A DNA stretch of 64,000 nucleotides, taken from positions 91,892 to 155,891 of the forward strand of contig DASUKB010000001.1 of NCBI GenBank assembly GCA_036278915.1, read 5' to 3'. Below are positions 18,488 through 28,718 of the stretch, piece by piece. Below the pieces are notes generated by a model. The model was not told the DNA's origin. It was given only the letters and a program-made list of their open reading frames with translations, and did no database searches. This stretch comes from Patescibacteria group bacterium. Its GTDB lineage: Bacteria; Patescibacteriota; Doudnabacteria; UBA920; O2-02-FULL-48-8. How positions within the stretch are numbered: position 1 is the stretch's first letter; each line of letters begins with the position of its first letter. The position numbers and the translations under genes were made by a program.

Positions 18488-19093
18488 ATGGAACTTTCGG
18501 CCAGGGAACAGCGGATATTTAAAAAATTAAATACGCCGGCAAAAATTCAGGATTTTGTGCATCGGATTCCCACCAATTTTGAAAAGCACGGGCAGACGCT
18601 GCATTCTCCTCGAGTTTTGCTGGAGAAAAATGTGGCCCACTGCATGGAGGCCGCGCTTTTTTCCGCCGCCGTGCTTTGGTATCATGGGCAGCCGCCGCAG
18701 CTTTTGGATTTGCGCACCATCAAAGGCGACTTCGACCACGTGGTGGCGCTGTTTCGTTATCGGGGCCGGTGGGGCGCGATAAGCAAATCCAACCACGCGG
18801 TCCTGCTTTATCGCGATCCTATATACAAAACGGTGCGCGAGCTGGCCGTGTCGTATTTCCATGAATATTTCCTGCAGGACGGCCGCAAGACTCTGCGCGA
18901 ATATTCTGATGCCTTTAATTTGCGCCGATTTGGGCAGGATTGGATTACGGCCGAAGACGACCTTTGGCATTTGGACCGCGCGCTGGATAAATCTCCCCAT
19001 CATAAGCTTTTGGACCGCGACCATATACTACAACTTCGGCCAGCGGACCGAATTCAAATCCGCGCCGGAAATTTGGAAATATTCCATAAATAA
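18488..19093 (+). CDS. Transglutaminase-like cysteine-peptidase-fold protein
   Basis: Putative Cys-His-Asp triad: C in NVAHCMEAALFSAAVL, H/D in DFDHVVALFRYRGRWGAISKSN. Confidence 0.45.
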   Translation: MELSAREQRIFKKLNTPAKIQDFVHRIPTNFEKHGQTLHSPRVLLEKNVAHCMEAALFSAAVLWYHGQPPQLLDLRTIKGDFDHVVALFRYRGRWGAISKSNHAVLLYRDPIYKTVRELAVSYFHEYFLQDGRKTLREYSDAFNLRRFGQDWITAEDDLWHLDRALDKSPHHKLLDRDHILQLRPADRIQIRAGNLEIFHK

Positions 19094-19162
19094 AGCGGTG
19101 GTTCATTCTCCGGAAATTTGTTATGATACTTTTGGGTTTAGTATTAAAACGGAGAATTTTCT

Positions 19163-19882
19163 ATGAAATACAAGATAAAGCTCGTAAAAAAAGAAGAGGT
19201 GGCTGAAGGCACGATGGCGTTTTTTTATACCAAACCAGAAGGGTTTGTTTTTAAGTCCGGACAGACCATGGATTTAACTCTTATAAATCCGGCGGAAACG
19301 GATGCGGAAGGCAACACCCGCACTTTTTCCATAATCCAAACTCCGCTTGAAGAGACGCTCGGCAATGCCACGCGCATGCGCGACACGGCATTTAAGCGCG
19401 TGCTCAAAAATATGCCGGAAGGTACGGAGCTCGAGATGGAAGGGCCGTTTGGATCGTTTACGCTGCACAATGATTCCAGCAAACCGGCCGTGATTTTGGC
19501 CGGGGGAATCGGAATTACGCCTTTTTATAGCATTGCCAAATTTGCCGCGGCCCAAAAATTACCCCACAAAATTTATCTGTTTTATTCCAATCGCAGGCCC
19601 GAGGACTCAGCGTTCCTGTCGCAGCTGCAAGAACTGCAAACGCAGAACCCCAACTTCAAGCTTGTCGCAACCATGACCGATATGGAAAAAAGCTCGCAGA
19701 AGTGGGACGGGGAAACGGGTTACATAACCAAAGAAATGATCGCAAAATATGTACCGGATTTGCCAAGCGCTATTTCTTACATCGCCGGGCCGCCGAGCAT
19801 GGTGGCCGCTATGCGCAAAATTCTAAACGATGCGCAAGTTAACGACGACAACATCCGAACCGAGGAATTTACCGGCTACTAA
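19163..19882 (+). CDS. FAD/NAD(P)-binding oxidoreductase (ferredoxin-NADP reductase-like)
   Basis: RTFSI (the RxYS FAD motif), ILAGGIGITP (the NAD-binding GGxGxxP) and a C-terminal EEFTGY. Confidence 0.7.
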   Translation: MKYKIKLVKKEEVAEGTMAFFYTKPEGFVFKSGQTMDLTLINPAETDAEGNTRTFSIIQTPLEETLGNATRMRDTAFKRVLKNMPEGTELEMEGPFGSFTLHNDSSKPAVILAGGIGITPFYSIAKFAAAQKLPHKIYLFYSNRRPEDSAFLSQLQELQTQNPNFKLVATMTDMEKSSQKWDGETGYITKEMIAKYVPDLPSAISYIAGPPSMVAAMRKILNDAQVNDDNIRTEEFTGY

Positions 19883-19896
19883 TTTTAAGGAGGAGT

Positions 19897-20784
19897 ATGG
19901 AAAGTATGGAACACGAACCTAAACGAGATTTTGCAACAGAGTTTGCCAATTACGAAAAAAAGAAAGAGCAGCAAGCGCAGTCAGCGGAAATCCCCGGATA
20001 CAAAACGGAGCAAGATAATTCCGCCAAGTTTGACGTGGAGCCGATAGGCAACAGCTGGACGCGGAAACTCTATGACGGTGATTTTTTCCAGATGCGCGCG
20101 GACTCCAAATTTCCCGCTTTGAATACGGTGTTTGTGCAGACGCGAGATCTCAATACCGGTGCGGACAATCCCGGTGATCTGGGCGGCGGGGAGACGGATA
20201 AGCACCTCATCTACGAAGGGCTGTCTCGCGTGGCTGCGGATGCGGTCATGGCCGGCGCCAACACGATCCGCGGCTCCGGAGTGGTGCTTTCGGTTTGGCA
20301 TCCGGAACTGGTGGCCTTGCGACGCGAATTGGGATTGCCCAGGCATCCGGCGCAAATCGTGGTCACGGAGTCAGGCAGAGTTGATATGGATTCGGAGCTG
20401 ATGTTCAATATCCCGCAGGTGCCGGTGTACGTGCTCACGTCATCCCGTGGCGCGGAAGTGCTCAAACCATATGTGGAGTCCCGGCCATGGGTACGCGTCT
20501 ATTCCGATGAAACGGTAGACATGAGCAAGCTGCTGGCGCAATTATCTGCCGAACAGAAGATTTCCAGAATTTCGGTAATCGGCGGCCGGACTCTGACATC
20601 TTCTCTTATCGATGGCGGGTTGGTGAAGGATTTGTATCTCACGACTTCGGCCATCAACGGGGGCGAACCGCACACTCCGTTTTACATCGGCCAGAAGATA
20701 CTCCGGATGGACCGGGTACTGCGCAAAACTGGACTTGGCAAAGAAGAAGGCGTGGTGTTTGAACACCTTTCACTTGTTCCCTAA
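19897..20784 (+). CDS. RibD C-terminal domain (dihydrofolate-reductase-like) protein
   Basis: The pattern ...GRTL.SSLIDGGLVKDLYLTTS...G resembles the RibD_C/DHFR-like reductase fold. Weak. Confidence 0.4.
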   Translation: MESMEHEPKRDFATEFANYEKKKEQQAQSAEIPGYKTEQDNSAKFDVEPIGNSWTRKLYDGDFFQMRADSKFPALNTVFVQTRDLNTGADNPGDLGGGETDKHLIYEGLSRVAADAVMAGANTIRGSGVVLSVWHPELVALRRELGLPRHPAQIVVTESGRVDMDSELMFNIPQVPVYVLTSSRGAEVLKPYVESRPWVRVYSDETVDMSKLLAQLSAEQKISRISVIGGRTLTSSLIDGGLVKDLYLTTSAINGGEPHTPFYIGQKILRMDRVLRKTGLGKEEGVVFEHLSLVP

Positions 20785-20857
20785 TACTTCCAACTGGCCG
20801 CAAGAACCTATCTCTTGCGGCTTTTCTTTTTGTCATATAAAAGTTAGAATAAGCATT

Positions 20858-22003
20858 ATGAGTTTTGAAATTTCCAAAAAAGATGAAAGCACTAAGGCCC
20901 GGACCGGAATTATTCACACCGCGCATGGAGACGTGCATACGCCCGTGTTTTTGCCCATCGGCACCAAGGGCGCCATCAAATCCATAGCCGCCGAGGAGCT
21001 CAAGTTTTGGGGCGCAGAAATGATTCTGGCAAACACTTACCATCTCTGGCAGCGTCCAGGAGACGCACTTATTGCCAAAGCAGGCGGCCTGCATAAATTT
21101 ATGAACTGGAAAGGGGCTATATTCACGGACTCCGGCGGGTTTCAGGTTTTTTCACTTGCCAAAATGGTAAAAGTCACAGACACCGGCGTAACGTTCCAAT
21201 CCGATATCGACGGTTCTACGCATACGCTTACGCCAGAGTCATCGGTACAGATCCAGCTCAATTTGGGATCAGATGTGGCACTCGTGCTGGATGAATTTCC
21301 CGGATTTCCCGCCACCGAAAAACACGTAAAAGAAACCGTAGCCAGGACCACGGCCTGGGCAAAGCGCGCCGCGCTGGAACACAACAAGCTTGCTGGCTCT
21401 TCGCTTAATCCCGGCCAGATGCTGTGGGGCATAATACAAGGCGCGACTTTCAAAAAACTGCGCAAACAATCCGCGGAAGAAATTTCTGCCATCGGTTTCC
21501 CAGGATTCGCCATAGGCGGCGTGGCTGTGGGGGAACCGCCCGAAAAAATGTACCAAGCCGTGGAGGACTCAATTCCTTATCTGGATGAAGATAAACCAAA
21601 GCATTTGCTGGGCGTGGGCACGCCGGAACAAATTGTGCAAGGGGTTGCCCGTGGCTGCGACAGTTTTGACTGCGTCATCCCCACGCGCGAAGCCCGCCAC
21701 GGCAAACTTTATATAAACCTCAAACCAGGCGAAGGCGAAGGTTATACTACCATCAATATCGATAATGAAAAATTCAAAGAAGATTTTTCCGCGGTAGACA
21801 ACACCTGCAATTGTTATTTGTGCATGAATTTCACGCGAGCGTACTTGCGGCATTTGTTTGCCACCAAAGAGCCTTTGGGAATTCGCCTGGCGACCATGCA
21901 CAATCTGCGGTTTTATTTAAACCTTATGCAGACCGTGCGCACGGCCATCGAAACCGGAGGCTTTGACCACTTGCACAAGAGTTATAAGGAGCATAATATT
22001 TAG
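20858..22003 (+). CDS. tgt: Queuine tRNA-ribosyltransferase
   Basis: ARTGIIHTAHGDVHTPVFLPIGTKGAIKS, zinc site CNCYLC, and LGIRLATMHNLRFY. The ATG at 20858 (MSFEISKK) is preferred over the extended ORF-track start at 20735. Confidence 0.9.
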   Translation: MSFEISKKDESTKARTGIIHTAHGDVHTPVFLPIGTKGAIKSIAAEELKFWGAEMILANTYHLWQRPGDALIAKAGGLHKFMNWKGAIFTDSGGFQVFSLAKMVKVTDTGVTFQSDIDGSTHTLTPESSVQIQLNLGSDVALVLDEFPGFPATEKHVKETVARTTAWAKRAALEHNKLAGSSLNPGQMLWGIIQGATFKKLRKQSAEEISAIGFPGFAIGGVAVGEPPEKMYQAVEDSIPYLDEDKPKHLLGVGTPEQIVQGVARGCDSFDCVIPTREARHGKLYINLKPGEGEGYTTINIDNEKFKEDFSAVDNTCNCYLCMNFTRAYLRHLFATKEPLGIRLATMHNLRFYLNLMQTVRTAIETGGFDHLHKSYKEHNI

Positions 22004-22024
22004 GTCAATAAGGAGGTTGCTGAT

Positions 22025-22402
22025 ATGCGCGTTGACTGGGACCGCTACAACGGGCTCGTGTCTATGACTATCACCGGCAAACTCGGTCGGGAAACGGATC
22101 CGCAGCAAAAGGATTTATCGGAATATGTTTCCGACCTTTCCGAAGCAGACCGCAAGGCTCTGGTGTTTGATCTATCCAATGTGACCGGCATCGATACCTA
22201 CGGCATAGGCCAGATGATCTACTGTCAGCAGCTGATTCTCGAATCCGGCGGGAAATCCTGCTGGGTCCTGCCCAAAGAATCAGCCTCGTACGCCAAACTC
22301 CGGCATTTGTTGGACCGGATGCAACTATCAAAGGTGTTCATCTTCTGCGACACCATCCAAGACGGCTACCAGAAGATGTCTGCCAACAAAGGAACCGCTT
22401 AG
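22025..22402 (+). CDS. STAS-domain protein (anti-sigma-factor antagonist-like)
   Basis: VFDLSNVTGIDTYGIGQMI is the SpoIIAA-like STAS core. Terminator at 22393-22433. Confidence 0.6.
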   Translation: MRVDWDRYNGLVSMTITGKLGRETDPQQKDLSEYVSDLSEADRKALVFDLSNVTGIDTYGIGQMIYCQQLILESGGKSCWVLPKESASYAKLRHLLDRMQLSKVFIFCDTIQDGYQKMSANKGTA

Positions 22403-22525
22403 GCCCCTAAGGAGCAGAAGCGGTTTTATTTTTCTGTCGTACATGTTAGACTATATGCAAATAAGAAGTGGCGCAGCCAGCCTGGCTTAAAGTCAGGCAA
22501 CCAGTGTCATATTCAAAAGGAATTT

Positions 22526-22642
22526 ATGCAAGAATCAAAATTTGATCTGATGGACAAAGTAATCTCGCTTGCCAAAAGACGGGCCGCCCACAAATCTAAT
22601 CCTTTGACGGGCGAGCCTCGTCTTTTTGTTTTTAAAAAATAA
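22526..22642 (+). other. 38-codon upstream ORF re-encoding the GlyRS N-terminus, followed by a terminator hairpin
   Basis: MQESKFDLMDKVISLAKRR... versus GlyRS MKQEQKFDLMDKVISLAKRR... Ten synonymous differences and one nonsynonymous over 18 aligned codons. A hairpin plus T-run lies at ~22598-22635. Confidence 0.4.
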
Positions 22643-22647
22643 ATTTT

Positions 22648-23982
22648 ATGAAACAAGAACAAAAATTCGACTTGATGGATAAAGTGATTAGTCTAGCAAA
22701 AAGGCGGGGTTTTATTTTTCCTGGAAGCGAAATTTATGGAGGGCTAGCCAACAGCTGGGACTACGGCCCGCTTGGCGTAGAGCTGAAAAATAATATCAAA
22801 AAACTTTGGTGGAAAATGTTTGTGCAGGAGCGCAGCGATATGGTAGGCATAGACGCAAGCTTGATTATGAACACAAAAGTCTGGGAAGCTTCGGGACACC
22901 TTCAAAACTTTACCGATCCGCTGGTGGAATGCAAAAAATGCCATACTCGATATCGGGAAGATCAGAAACCAGACGAATGTCCGGTTTGTGGTTTCAGCGA
23001 ATTCACACCAGCCCAGCAATTTAATTTGATGCTCAAAACATTTTTAGGACCAACGGAAGAGAAAGCCAATGAAGTCTTTTTTCGCCCGGAAACGGCTCAG
23101 GCGATTTTTGTAGACTTCAAACAGATTTTGGAAACTTCCCGCCAAAGAATTCCTTTCGGCGTGGCGCAGATTGGTAAAGCTTTCCGAAACGAAATCACTC
23201 CAGGCAACTTTATATTTCGCACGCGCGAATTTGAGCAGATGGAAATAGAATACTTCATCCAGGCTGAAGAATGGGAAAAACATTTTGAAAATTGGCTGAC
23301 GGAACTCAAAAAATGGATTAAGGCTGTGGGAATCGACGAGAAAAAAGTCCATTATGAAGAAATTGGCGAGGCTGACCGTGCATTTTATAGCAAGCGCACT
23401 ATAGACGTAGAATTTGAATACCCGTTTGGACAAAAGGAATTGTACGGCTTGGCTTATCGTACCGATTATGACCTGACTCAACATCAGAAATTTTCCGGCA
23501 AGGATTTGTCTTTCTTGGACCCAACGACAAACGAAAAATTCATACCGCACGTCATAGAGCCTTCGCTGGGCGTAGATCGTACTGTTTTGGCGGTATTGCT
23601 TTCATGTTATTCCGAATCCGAAGCGCGATCAGGCAAAGAAGATGCCGTGCACGAGACAGAAGTGACTTTGAGATTGCCGAAAAAAATTGCGCCAATCAAA
23701 ATCGCCGTGCTGCCGCTTTCCAAAAAAGACGAATTAACGGGTCCCGCGCACGAAATTGTAAATAGCTTGCACAAAACTTGGATGTGCCAGTATGATGAGA
23801 CAGCCTCAATCGGCAAGCGCTACCGAAGGCAGGACGAAATCGGCACGCCGTACTGCGTGACAGTGGATTTCGAAACCGCCAAAGATGAGTCGGTAACGGT
23901 GCGCGACCGCGACACCATGCAGCAGGATCGAATCAAAATTTCTGACTTGGAAAAATATTTTAAAGATAAATTGCAGCGCTGA
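22648..23982 (+). CDS. glyQS: Glycyl-tRNA synthetase, alpha2 (eukaryote/archaeal-like) type
   Basis: 444 aa, a single-chain class II aaRS with the FRNEITPGNFIFRTREFEQMEIEYF motif 2 region. Confidence 0.9.
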   Translation: MKQEQKFDLMDKVISLAKRRGFIFPGSEIYGGLANSWDYGPLGVELKNNIKKLWWKMFVQERSDMVGIDASLIMNTKVWEASGHLQNFTDPLVECKKCHTRYREDQKPDECPVCGFSEFTPAQQFNLMLKTFLGPTEEKANEVFFRPETAQAIFVDFKQILETSRQRIPFGVAQIGKAFRNEITPGNFIFRTREFEQMEIEYFIQAEEWEKHFENWLTELKKWIKAVGIDEKKVHYEEIGEADRAFYSKRTIDVEFEYPFGQKELYGLAYRTDYDLTQHQKFSGKDLSFLDPTTNEKFIPHVIEPSLGVDRTVLAVLLSCYSESEARSGKEDAVHETEVTLRLPKKIAPIKIAVLPLSKKDELTGPAHEIVNSLHKTWMCQYDETASIGKRYRRQDEIGTPYCVTVDFETAKDESVTVRDRDTMQQDRIKISDLEKYFKDKLQR

Positions 23983-24118
23983 ACTTGCATCCGCACCATT
24001 CGCTCGGCAAACTGTTTTTTCTGCGGCACGTCCGATTAACGGACTAAATTCTCTGCCTTTGGAATGGCCTCGAAGTTGCCTTGGAAAGAACAGTTTACCT
24101 CGCTGATACAGATTATTT

Positions 24119-25399
24119 ATGTCTATACCTTCTTTATATACCAAAAAGGTTCTCCAAAATGGTTTAACCTTGCTCATGGTGCCCATAGAGACGGCCTCGT
24201 CTGTAACGATGTCGATTTTTGTGAAAGTCGGCTCGCGCTACGAAGAAAAAAAGCTAAGCGGCATTTCTCATTTTTTGGAACACTTGCACTTCAAAGGTTC
24301 GCAAAAATTCCCTAGCGCCAAAAAACTTTCGGAGATCGTGGACTCAATCGGCGGCGAATTTAACGCCAACACTGGCAAGGAGCATACTCAATACTATATC
24401 CGCGCCGCATATGAGCATATGGATTTGGTGTTTAACGTGCTCACCGACATGCTTCAGCATCCGCTGTTTGCGGAAAAAGAAATCAACCGCGAGCGGGGAG
24501 TCATCATTGAAGAAATCAACATGTACAAAGACAATCCGCAGTTTAGCGTGGATACATTGTTTGAAGAAATGCTCTGGCCCAACCAGCCGCTGGGCCGCGA
24601 CATTCCCGGTACCGCTGATGTCATCTCTGCCATTTCGCGCAAAGATATTTTGCAGTACCGCGAAAAGTTTTATACGCCGGGGAATATGATTATTGCCGTG
24701 GCCGGACAATTTGACACACGCAAACTGGAAGATCTTGTGGCCAAATACTGGACCAAACTTCCCGGACACAAGAGCGCGACATTCAAACCCGCGGCGTCAA
24801 ATCAAAAACTGCCGCAGATACAGATTCAAACCAAAACTACGGAGCAGGCGTATATGATGCTTGGCTTCCATGGCTACTCGTACCGCAGTCGCAACAATGC
24901 AGCCCTAAGGATTCTATCCGCGGTTTTGGGCGGCGGCATGAGTTCCAGGCTTTTTTTGCGCATCCGCGAGCGCTTGGGTTTGGCTTACTATATCAGCACC
25001 TCCTTTAACAATTATTTGGATGCGGGTAATTTTGCAGTATCCGCAGGACTCAAAATCCAAAACGTCAATCAGGCCCTGCAAATTACGCTTGAGGAGTTGC
25101 GCAAAGTCCGCGATCACGGCATTTCCCGCGCGGAATTGGCCAAGGCCAAAGATTACATTAAGGGTAAAATCGCACTGGCTATGGAGGACCCGCACGACAA
25201 ATTGGAATGGTATCTCGGCCAGGAAGCATTCAATGGCAAAATCAAAACTATCAAGCAGTCGTTTGAAGAGCTGGATCGCGTAACGCTTCAACAGGTGGCC
25301 AAAGTTGGGCATGACATTATCCGCAATGAATGTATGAATTTGGCGTTGGTCGGACCATTTGAAGATAAATCCATTTTTGAAAAGAAACTAAAACTATAA
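24119..25399 (+). CDS. M16-family (insulinase/pitrilysin-like) zinc peptidase
   Basis: The inverted zinc motif HFLEHLHFKGS (HxxEH). Confidence 0.85.
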   Translation: MSIPSLYTKKVLQNGLTLLMVPIETASSVTMSIFVKVGSRYEEKKLSGISHFLEHLHFKGSQKFPSAKKLSEIVDSIGGEFNANTGKEHTQYYIRAAYEHMDLVFNVLTDMLQHPLFAEKEINRERGVIIEEINMYKDNPQFSVDTLFEEMLWPNQPLGRDIPGTADVISAISRKDILQYREKFYTPGNMIIAVAGQFDTRKLEDLVAKYWTKLPGHKSATFKPAASNQKLPQIQIQTKTTEQAYMMLGFHGYSYRSRNNAALRILSAVLGGGMSSRLFLRIRERLGLAYYISTSFNNYLDAGNFAVSAGLKIQNVNQALQITLEELRKVRDHGISRAELAKAKDYIKGKIALAMEDPHDKLEWYLGQEAFNGKIKTIKQSFEELDRVTLQQVAKVGHDIIRNECMNLALVGPFEDKSIFEKKLKL

Positions 25400-25404
25400 C
25401 TGGC

Positions 25405-27864
25405 GTGATTATCGTCATCCCAACATATAATGAGCGGGAAAATATCGAACCCACAGTTCGGGGAATCCGCAGCACCGTTCCTGATTCCCAGATTTTGTTT
25501 GTGGACGACGCCTCTCCGGACGGCACGGCCGAAGAAATTAAAAGAATCCAAAACACGGATCCAAAAATCTTGCTTCTGGAACGCAGCGGCAAGCTTGGCT
25601 TAGGTTCGGCGTACGTGGAGGCCTTCGAAAAAATTTTAGCGGACAATTCCACCGACGTGATTGTGACCATGGATGCCGATTTGTCCCATCCGTTTGAAAC
25701 GCTCATCGCTTTTGAGGAAAAAATTAAGAATTACGAGCTTGTGGTAGGTTCGCGGTATGTACGCGGTGGAAGCATTTCCAACTGGAGCTTCATCCGGCGG
25801 GTGATTAGCCGCGTGGGCAACTGGTACGAACGCACGTTTAATAACTTGCCGCTTCGAGATGTATCGTCGGGGTTTATGTGCATCCGGACCGAAACTTTGG
25901 CTCGGACAAATTATCGCAAAATCCGAGCGCGCGGGTATGCATTTTTGGTGGAACTCAAACATGTCTTGGTGCGCGCAGGCGCGAGTACATGCGAGGTGCC
26001 AATTACGTTTTCAGAACGCCGCGCCGGCCATTCTAAATTCTCGATCAAAATTATGGTCGAAGCGATGTTTTTGCCGGCGCGTTTGAATCCAAAAACTCTG
26101 TTTGGCGCGTTTGTGTTCTTGTTCAGCCTGGCGGTGTACATTCAAACGGCGCCGCGAACGATCTTTCTGAATGACAACGCCGAATTTATAACCGCGGGCA
26201 AGGTTTTGGGCATACCGCACCCGACTGGGTATCCGCTGTATGTTATGCTTTCCAAACTTTTTAGCTACCTGCCCATAGGGCCTTTGCCGTTTAGGATTAA
26301 CTTTCTTTCTATTCTTGCCGCGAGTTTTTCGCTGCTGGTGCTTTTTTTGTGGCTATGCAAAGTCCTCAAAAAGTTAAGCCGGGACCCGCAAGGGGTTTGG
26401 GTTTGGCTGGTGGCCGCGGCAACTTCTTTATCTGCCGGATTTTCGCTTATGTTTTGGTCGCAGGCTGTGAGTGCCAAAACCTACACCCTTCATTTTTTAA
26501 TTTTGTCCTGCATCCTGCTAGCGCTTTGGCAATGGTGGGAGACCGCCGAACATAAATATTTTTACTGGGTTTGTTTTTTGACGGCCTTAGGCGTGGCAAA
26601 CCACCTGCTTATGCTCGCGTTTGCTCCCGCAATTTTTTTGGGCTTGCTGTATGACATCAAACGTACCAATTGGAAAATCTGGCTCAAAGGATTTTTATTT
26701 GTGATTTTGGGTTTGAGTCCGTTTTTGTACTTGCCAATCCGTGCCGCACAGAATCCAATTTACGCCTGGGCTCCAGGAGTCAGCTCCCTGCGTTCCTTCT
26801 GGGATTATATTTTTCCCGCGCATTATTATGGTTTGGGTACCGGACTAAACTTGAGCGGACGTTTGGCATTTTTGTCGGACTTCGGGTCCCAGCTTGCAAG
26901 GGAATTGGGGTTGTTACTCGTTATGTCCTTAGTCGGAATTATTTGGATAGCGCTCAAGCATAAAAAATTATTTTTTGTCCTAGCTTTGGCCGTGCTGGGA
27001 AATATTTCTGGAATTTTATTCTTGCGCCACTTTGGATTTTCGCTGGAGAACGCTTATTTTTACTCCTTTTATTACTTGTCGGCTATTGTGCTAATGTTTG
27101 TCTTTATGGGATTCGGACTTTACTTTATCTATGATTTGCTCAAAAACAGAATTGGTCCCAAGGTGAGTGCTTTAGTACTGGTCTATATTTTGATTCCCGT
27201 ACTGCTTCTGGCAGTAAATTTTGGATCCAGTAATTTACGCGGATTTGATTTCGTGGAAAATTATACTAAGAGTATGCTCGAAAGCCTGCCACCAAACGCG
27301 GTGCTGATTTTTTCTGCTGACGGACCGGGCGAGGATACGGAAATTTTTGGTCTGCTTTATCAGCAAGTTGCGGCCAAAATTCGGCCCGACGTAAAAATTA
27401 TTGGTTTGCCAGGAGTGGTGGTGGTGCCGGATCCCCAAAAACTTACAGATGTGTATAGGCAGCCGGATCTGGAAAAGATGCGCGAAGGGCTAATTGAGTA
27501 TGCGCTCAACGAGCCGAGCCTGGCGAACCGGCCGATCTATACGACTTATTTGGCAGTGGGTCCGGAAATTTCTGTTCATAGCTTTTCGAACGGCTTGGCG
27601 TACAAGCTGGAAACTGGAAATGCGGATCCTTATAATTTACCCGAAACTGTAAACTTAAGTCCGCAAGATGAGAAAATTCTCAATGCTGATTTGGCCGGAT
27701 CCGATATGCTGGCCGGATATTATTACGCGCAGGCCGCCTATTTTCTGGATCATGGGGACAGCAAACAATCCGAAAATAATTTCATCCAGGGGATTAATTA
27801 CGATTATAATGTTTATGGTTTAGACAAGACTAACTTTATGAGTTATAGGAATTCAAAAAAATGA
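25405..27864 (+). CDS. GT2 (DPM1-like) glycosyltransferase fused to a large polytopic membrane domain (GT-C/DUF2723-like)
   Basis: GTG start. IVIPTYNE...DADLSHP is the GT-A DxD region over ~230 aa. The following ~590 aa contain many TM helices. Confidence 0.7.
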   Translation: MIIVIPTYNERENIEPTVRGIRSTVPDSQILFVDDASPDGTAEEIKRIQNTDPKILLLERSGKLGLGSAYVEAFEKILADNSTDVIVTMDADLSHPFETLIAFEEKIKNYELVVGSRYVRGGSISNWSFIRRVISRVGNWYERTFNNLPLRDVSSGFMCIRTETLARTNYRKIRARGYAFLVELKHVLVRAGASTCEVPITFSERRAGHSKFSIKIMVEAMFLPARLNPKTLFGAFVFLFSLAVYIQTAPRTIFLNDNAEFITAGKVLGIPHPTGYPLYVMLSKLFSYLPIGPLPFRINFLSILAASFSLLVLFLWLCKVLKKLSRDPQGVWVWLVAAATSLSAGFSLMFWSQAVSAKTYTLHFLILSCILLALWQWWETAEHKYFYWVCFLTALGVANHLLMLAFAPAIFLGLLYDIKRTNWKIWLKGFLFVILGLSPFLYLPIRAAQNPIYAWAPGVSSLRSFWDYIFPAHYYGLGTGLNLSGRLAFLSDFGSQLARELGLLLVMSLVGIIWIALKHKKLFFVLALAVLGNISGILFLRHFGFSLENAYFYSFYYLSAIVLMFVFMGFGLYFIYDLLKNRIGPKVSALVLVYILIPVLLLAVNFGSSNLRGFDFVENYTKSMLESLPPNAVLIFSADGPGEDTEIFGLLYQQVAAKIRPDVKIIGLPGVVVVPDPQKLTDVYRQPDLEKMREGLIEYALNEPSLANRPIYTTYLAVGPEISVHSFSNGLAYKLETGNADPYNLPETVNLSPQDEKILNADLAGSDMLAGYYYAQAAYFLDHGDSKQSENNFIQGINYDYNVYGLDKTNFMSYRNSKK

Positions 27865-28718
27865 GAATTGGAACCCATGTTTCTATCGCCAAAGGCGTTT
27901 GGAATGCTCCGGGCAATGCGGCTAAAGTAGGCGCGGAGGTTTTCCAGATTTTCAGCCGGTCGCCTCACGGCGGTGCTGTTGTACCCATCACCAAGGATAT
28001 ACAAAACAAGTTTGCCCAAGAAATGGACAAATATAAGTTTGATACATTTTACATCCACGCGCCGTACTTTATAAATTTTTCGTCGGTGAAGGGCAATATT
28101 TATTACGGTTCCATTTCGGTGGTTCGGCAAGAATTGGAGCGAGGCACGCTGCTCGGGGCAAAAGCTTTGATGACGCATTTGGGCAGTTTCGGCGAACTGA
28201 CGGACGAGGAGGGCATCGAACGGCAGGTGAAAGCAATTATTAAAGTCATGGAAGGCTACCATGGCACCACCCAATTGCTTTTGGAAATCTCCGCTGGCGC
28301 CGGACGGGTGGTGGGCGATACCTTCGAGGAACTGGCATGGATTTTGGACGACAAGCGACTTAAAGATTTTGACCTTGGCGTTTGTCTGGACACATGCCAC
28401 TTGTTTGCTTCTGGCTACGACATCCGCGATAAAAAATCCGTGGACAAAATGACCAAACAGCTGGAGAAAGTCTTGGGACTTAAACGAGTAGTCCTTTTGC
28501 ATGCCAACGATTCCAAAGGCGATTTCGGCAATCATTTAGACAGGCACGAAAACATTGGTGAGGGAAAAATCGGACTTGAAGGATTTAAAGCTTTGGCATC
28601 GCAGAAATTTTTTAGCCAATTGGATTGGATTTTGGAAACTCCGAAAGATAACCCGGCGGATGACCCCAAAAATATAGCGGTCCTTACAAATTTACGAAAA
28701 ATTAGTAAAAATAAATGA
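27861..28718 (+). CDS. nfo: Endonuclease IV (AP endonuclease family 2)
   Basis: MRIGTHVSIAKG...FQIFSRSPHGG...HAPYFINFS. Overlaps the flanking genes by 4 nt on each side. Confidence 0.85.
   Translation: MRIGTHVSIAKGVWNAPGNAAKVGAEVFQIFSRSPHGGAVVPITKDIQNKFAQEMDKYKFDTFYIHAPYFINFSSVKGNIYYGSISVVRQELERGTLLGAKALMTHLGSFGELTDEEGIERQVKAIIKVMEGYHGTTQLLLEISAGAGRVVGDTFEELAWILDDKRLKDFDLGVCLDTCHLFASGYDIRDKKSVDKMTKQLEKVLGLKRVVLLHANDSKGDFGNHLDRHENIGEGKIGLEGFKALASQKFFSQLDWILETPKDNPADDPKNIAVLTNLRKISKNK

Noticed and set aside
22402-22530. T-box or glycine riboswitch upstream of glyQS
   Set aside because: I could not find the T-box consensus (AAUUAGGGUGGNACCGCG-like) or the paired glycine-aptamer features by eye. 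Only a uORF plus terminator is evident. It needs an Infernal check.
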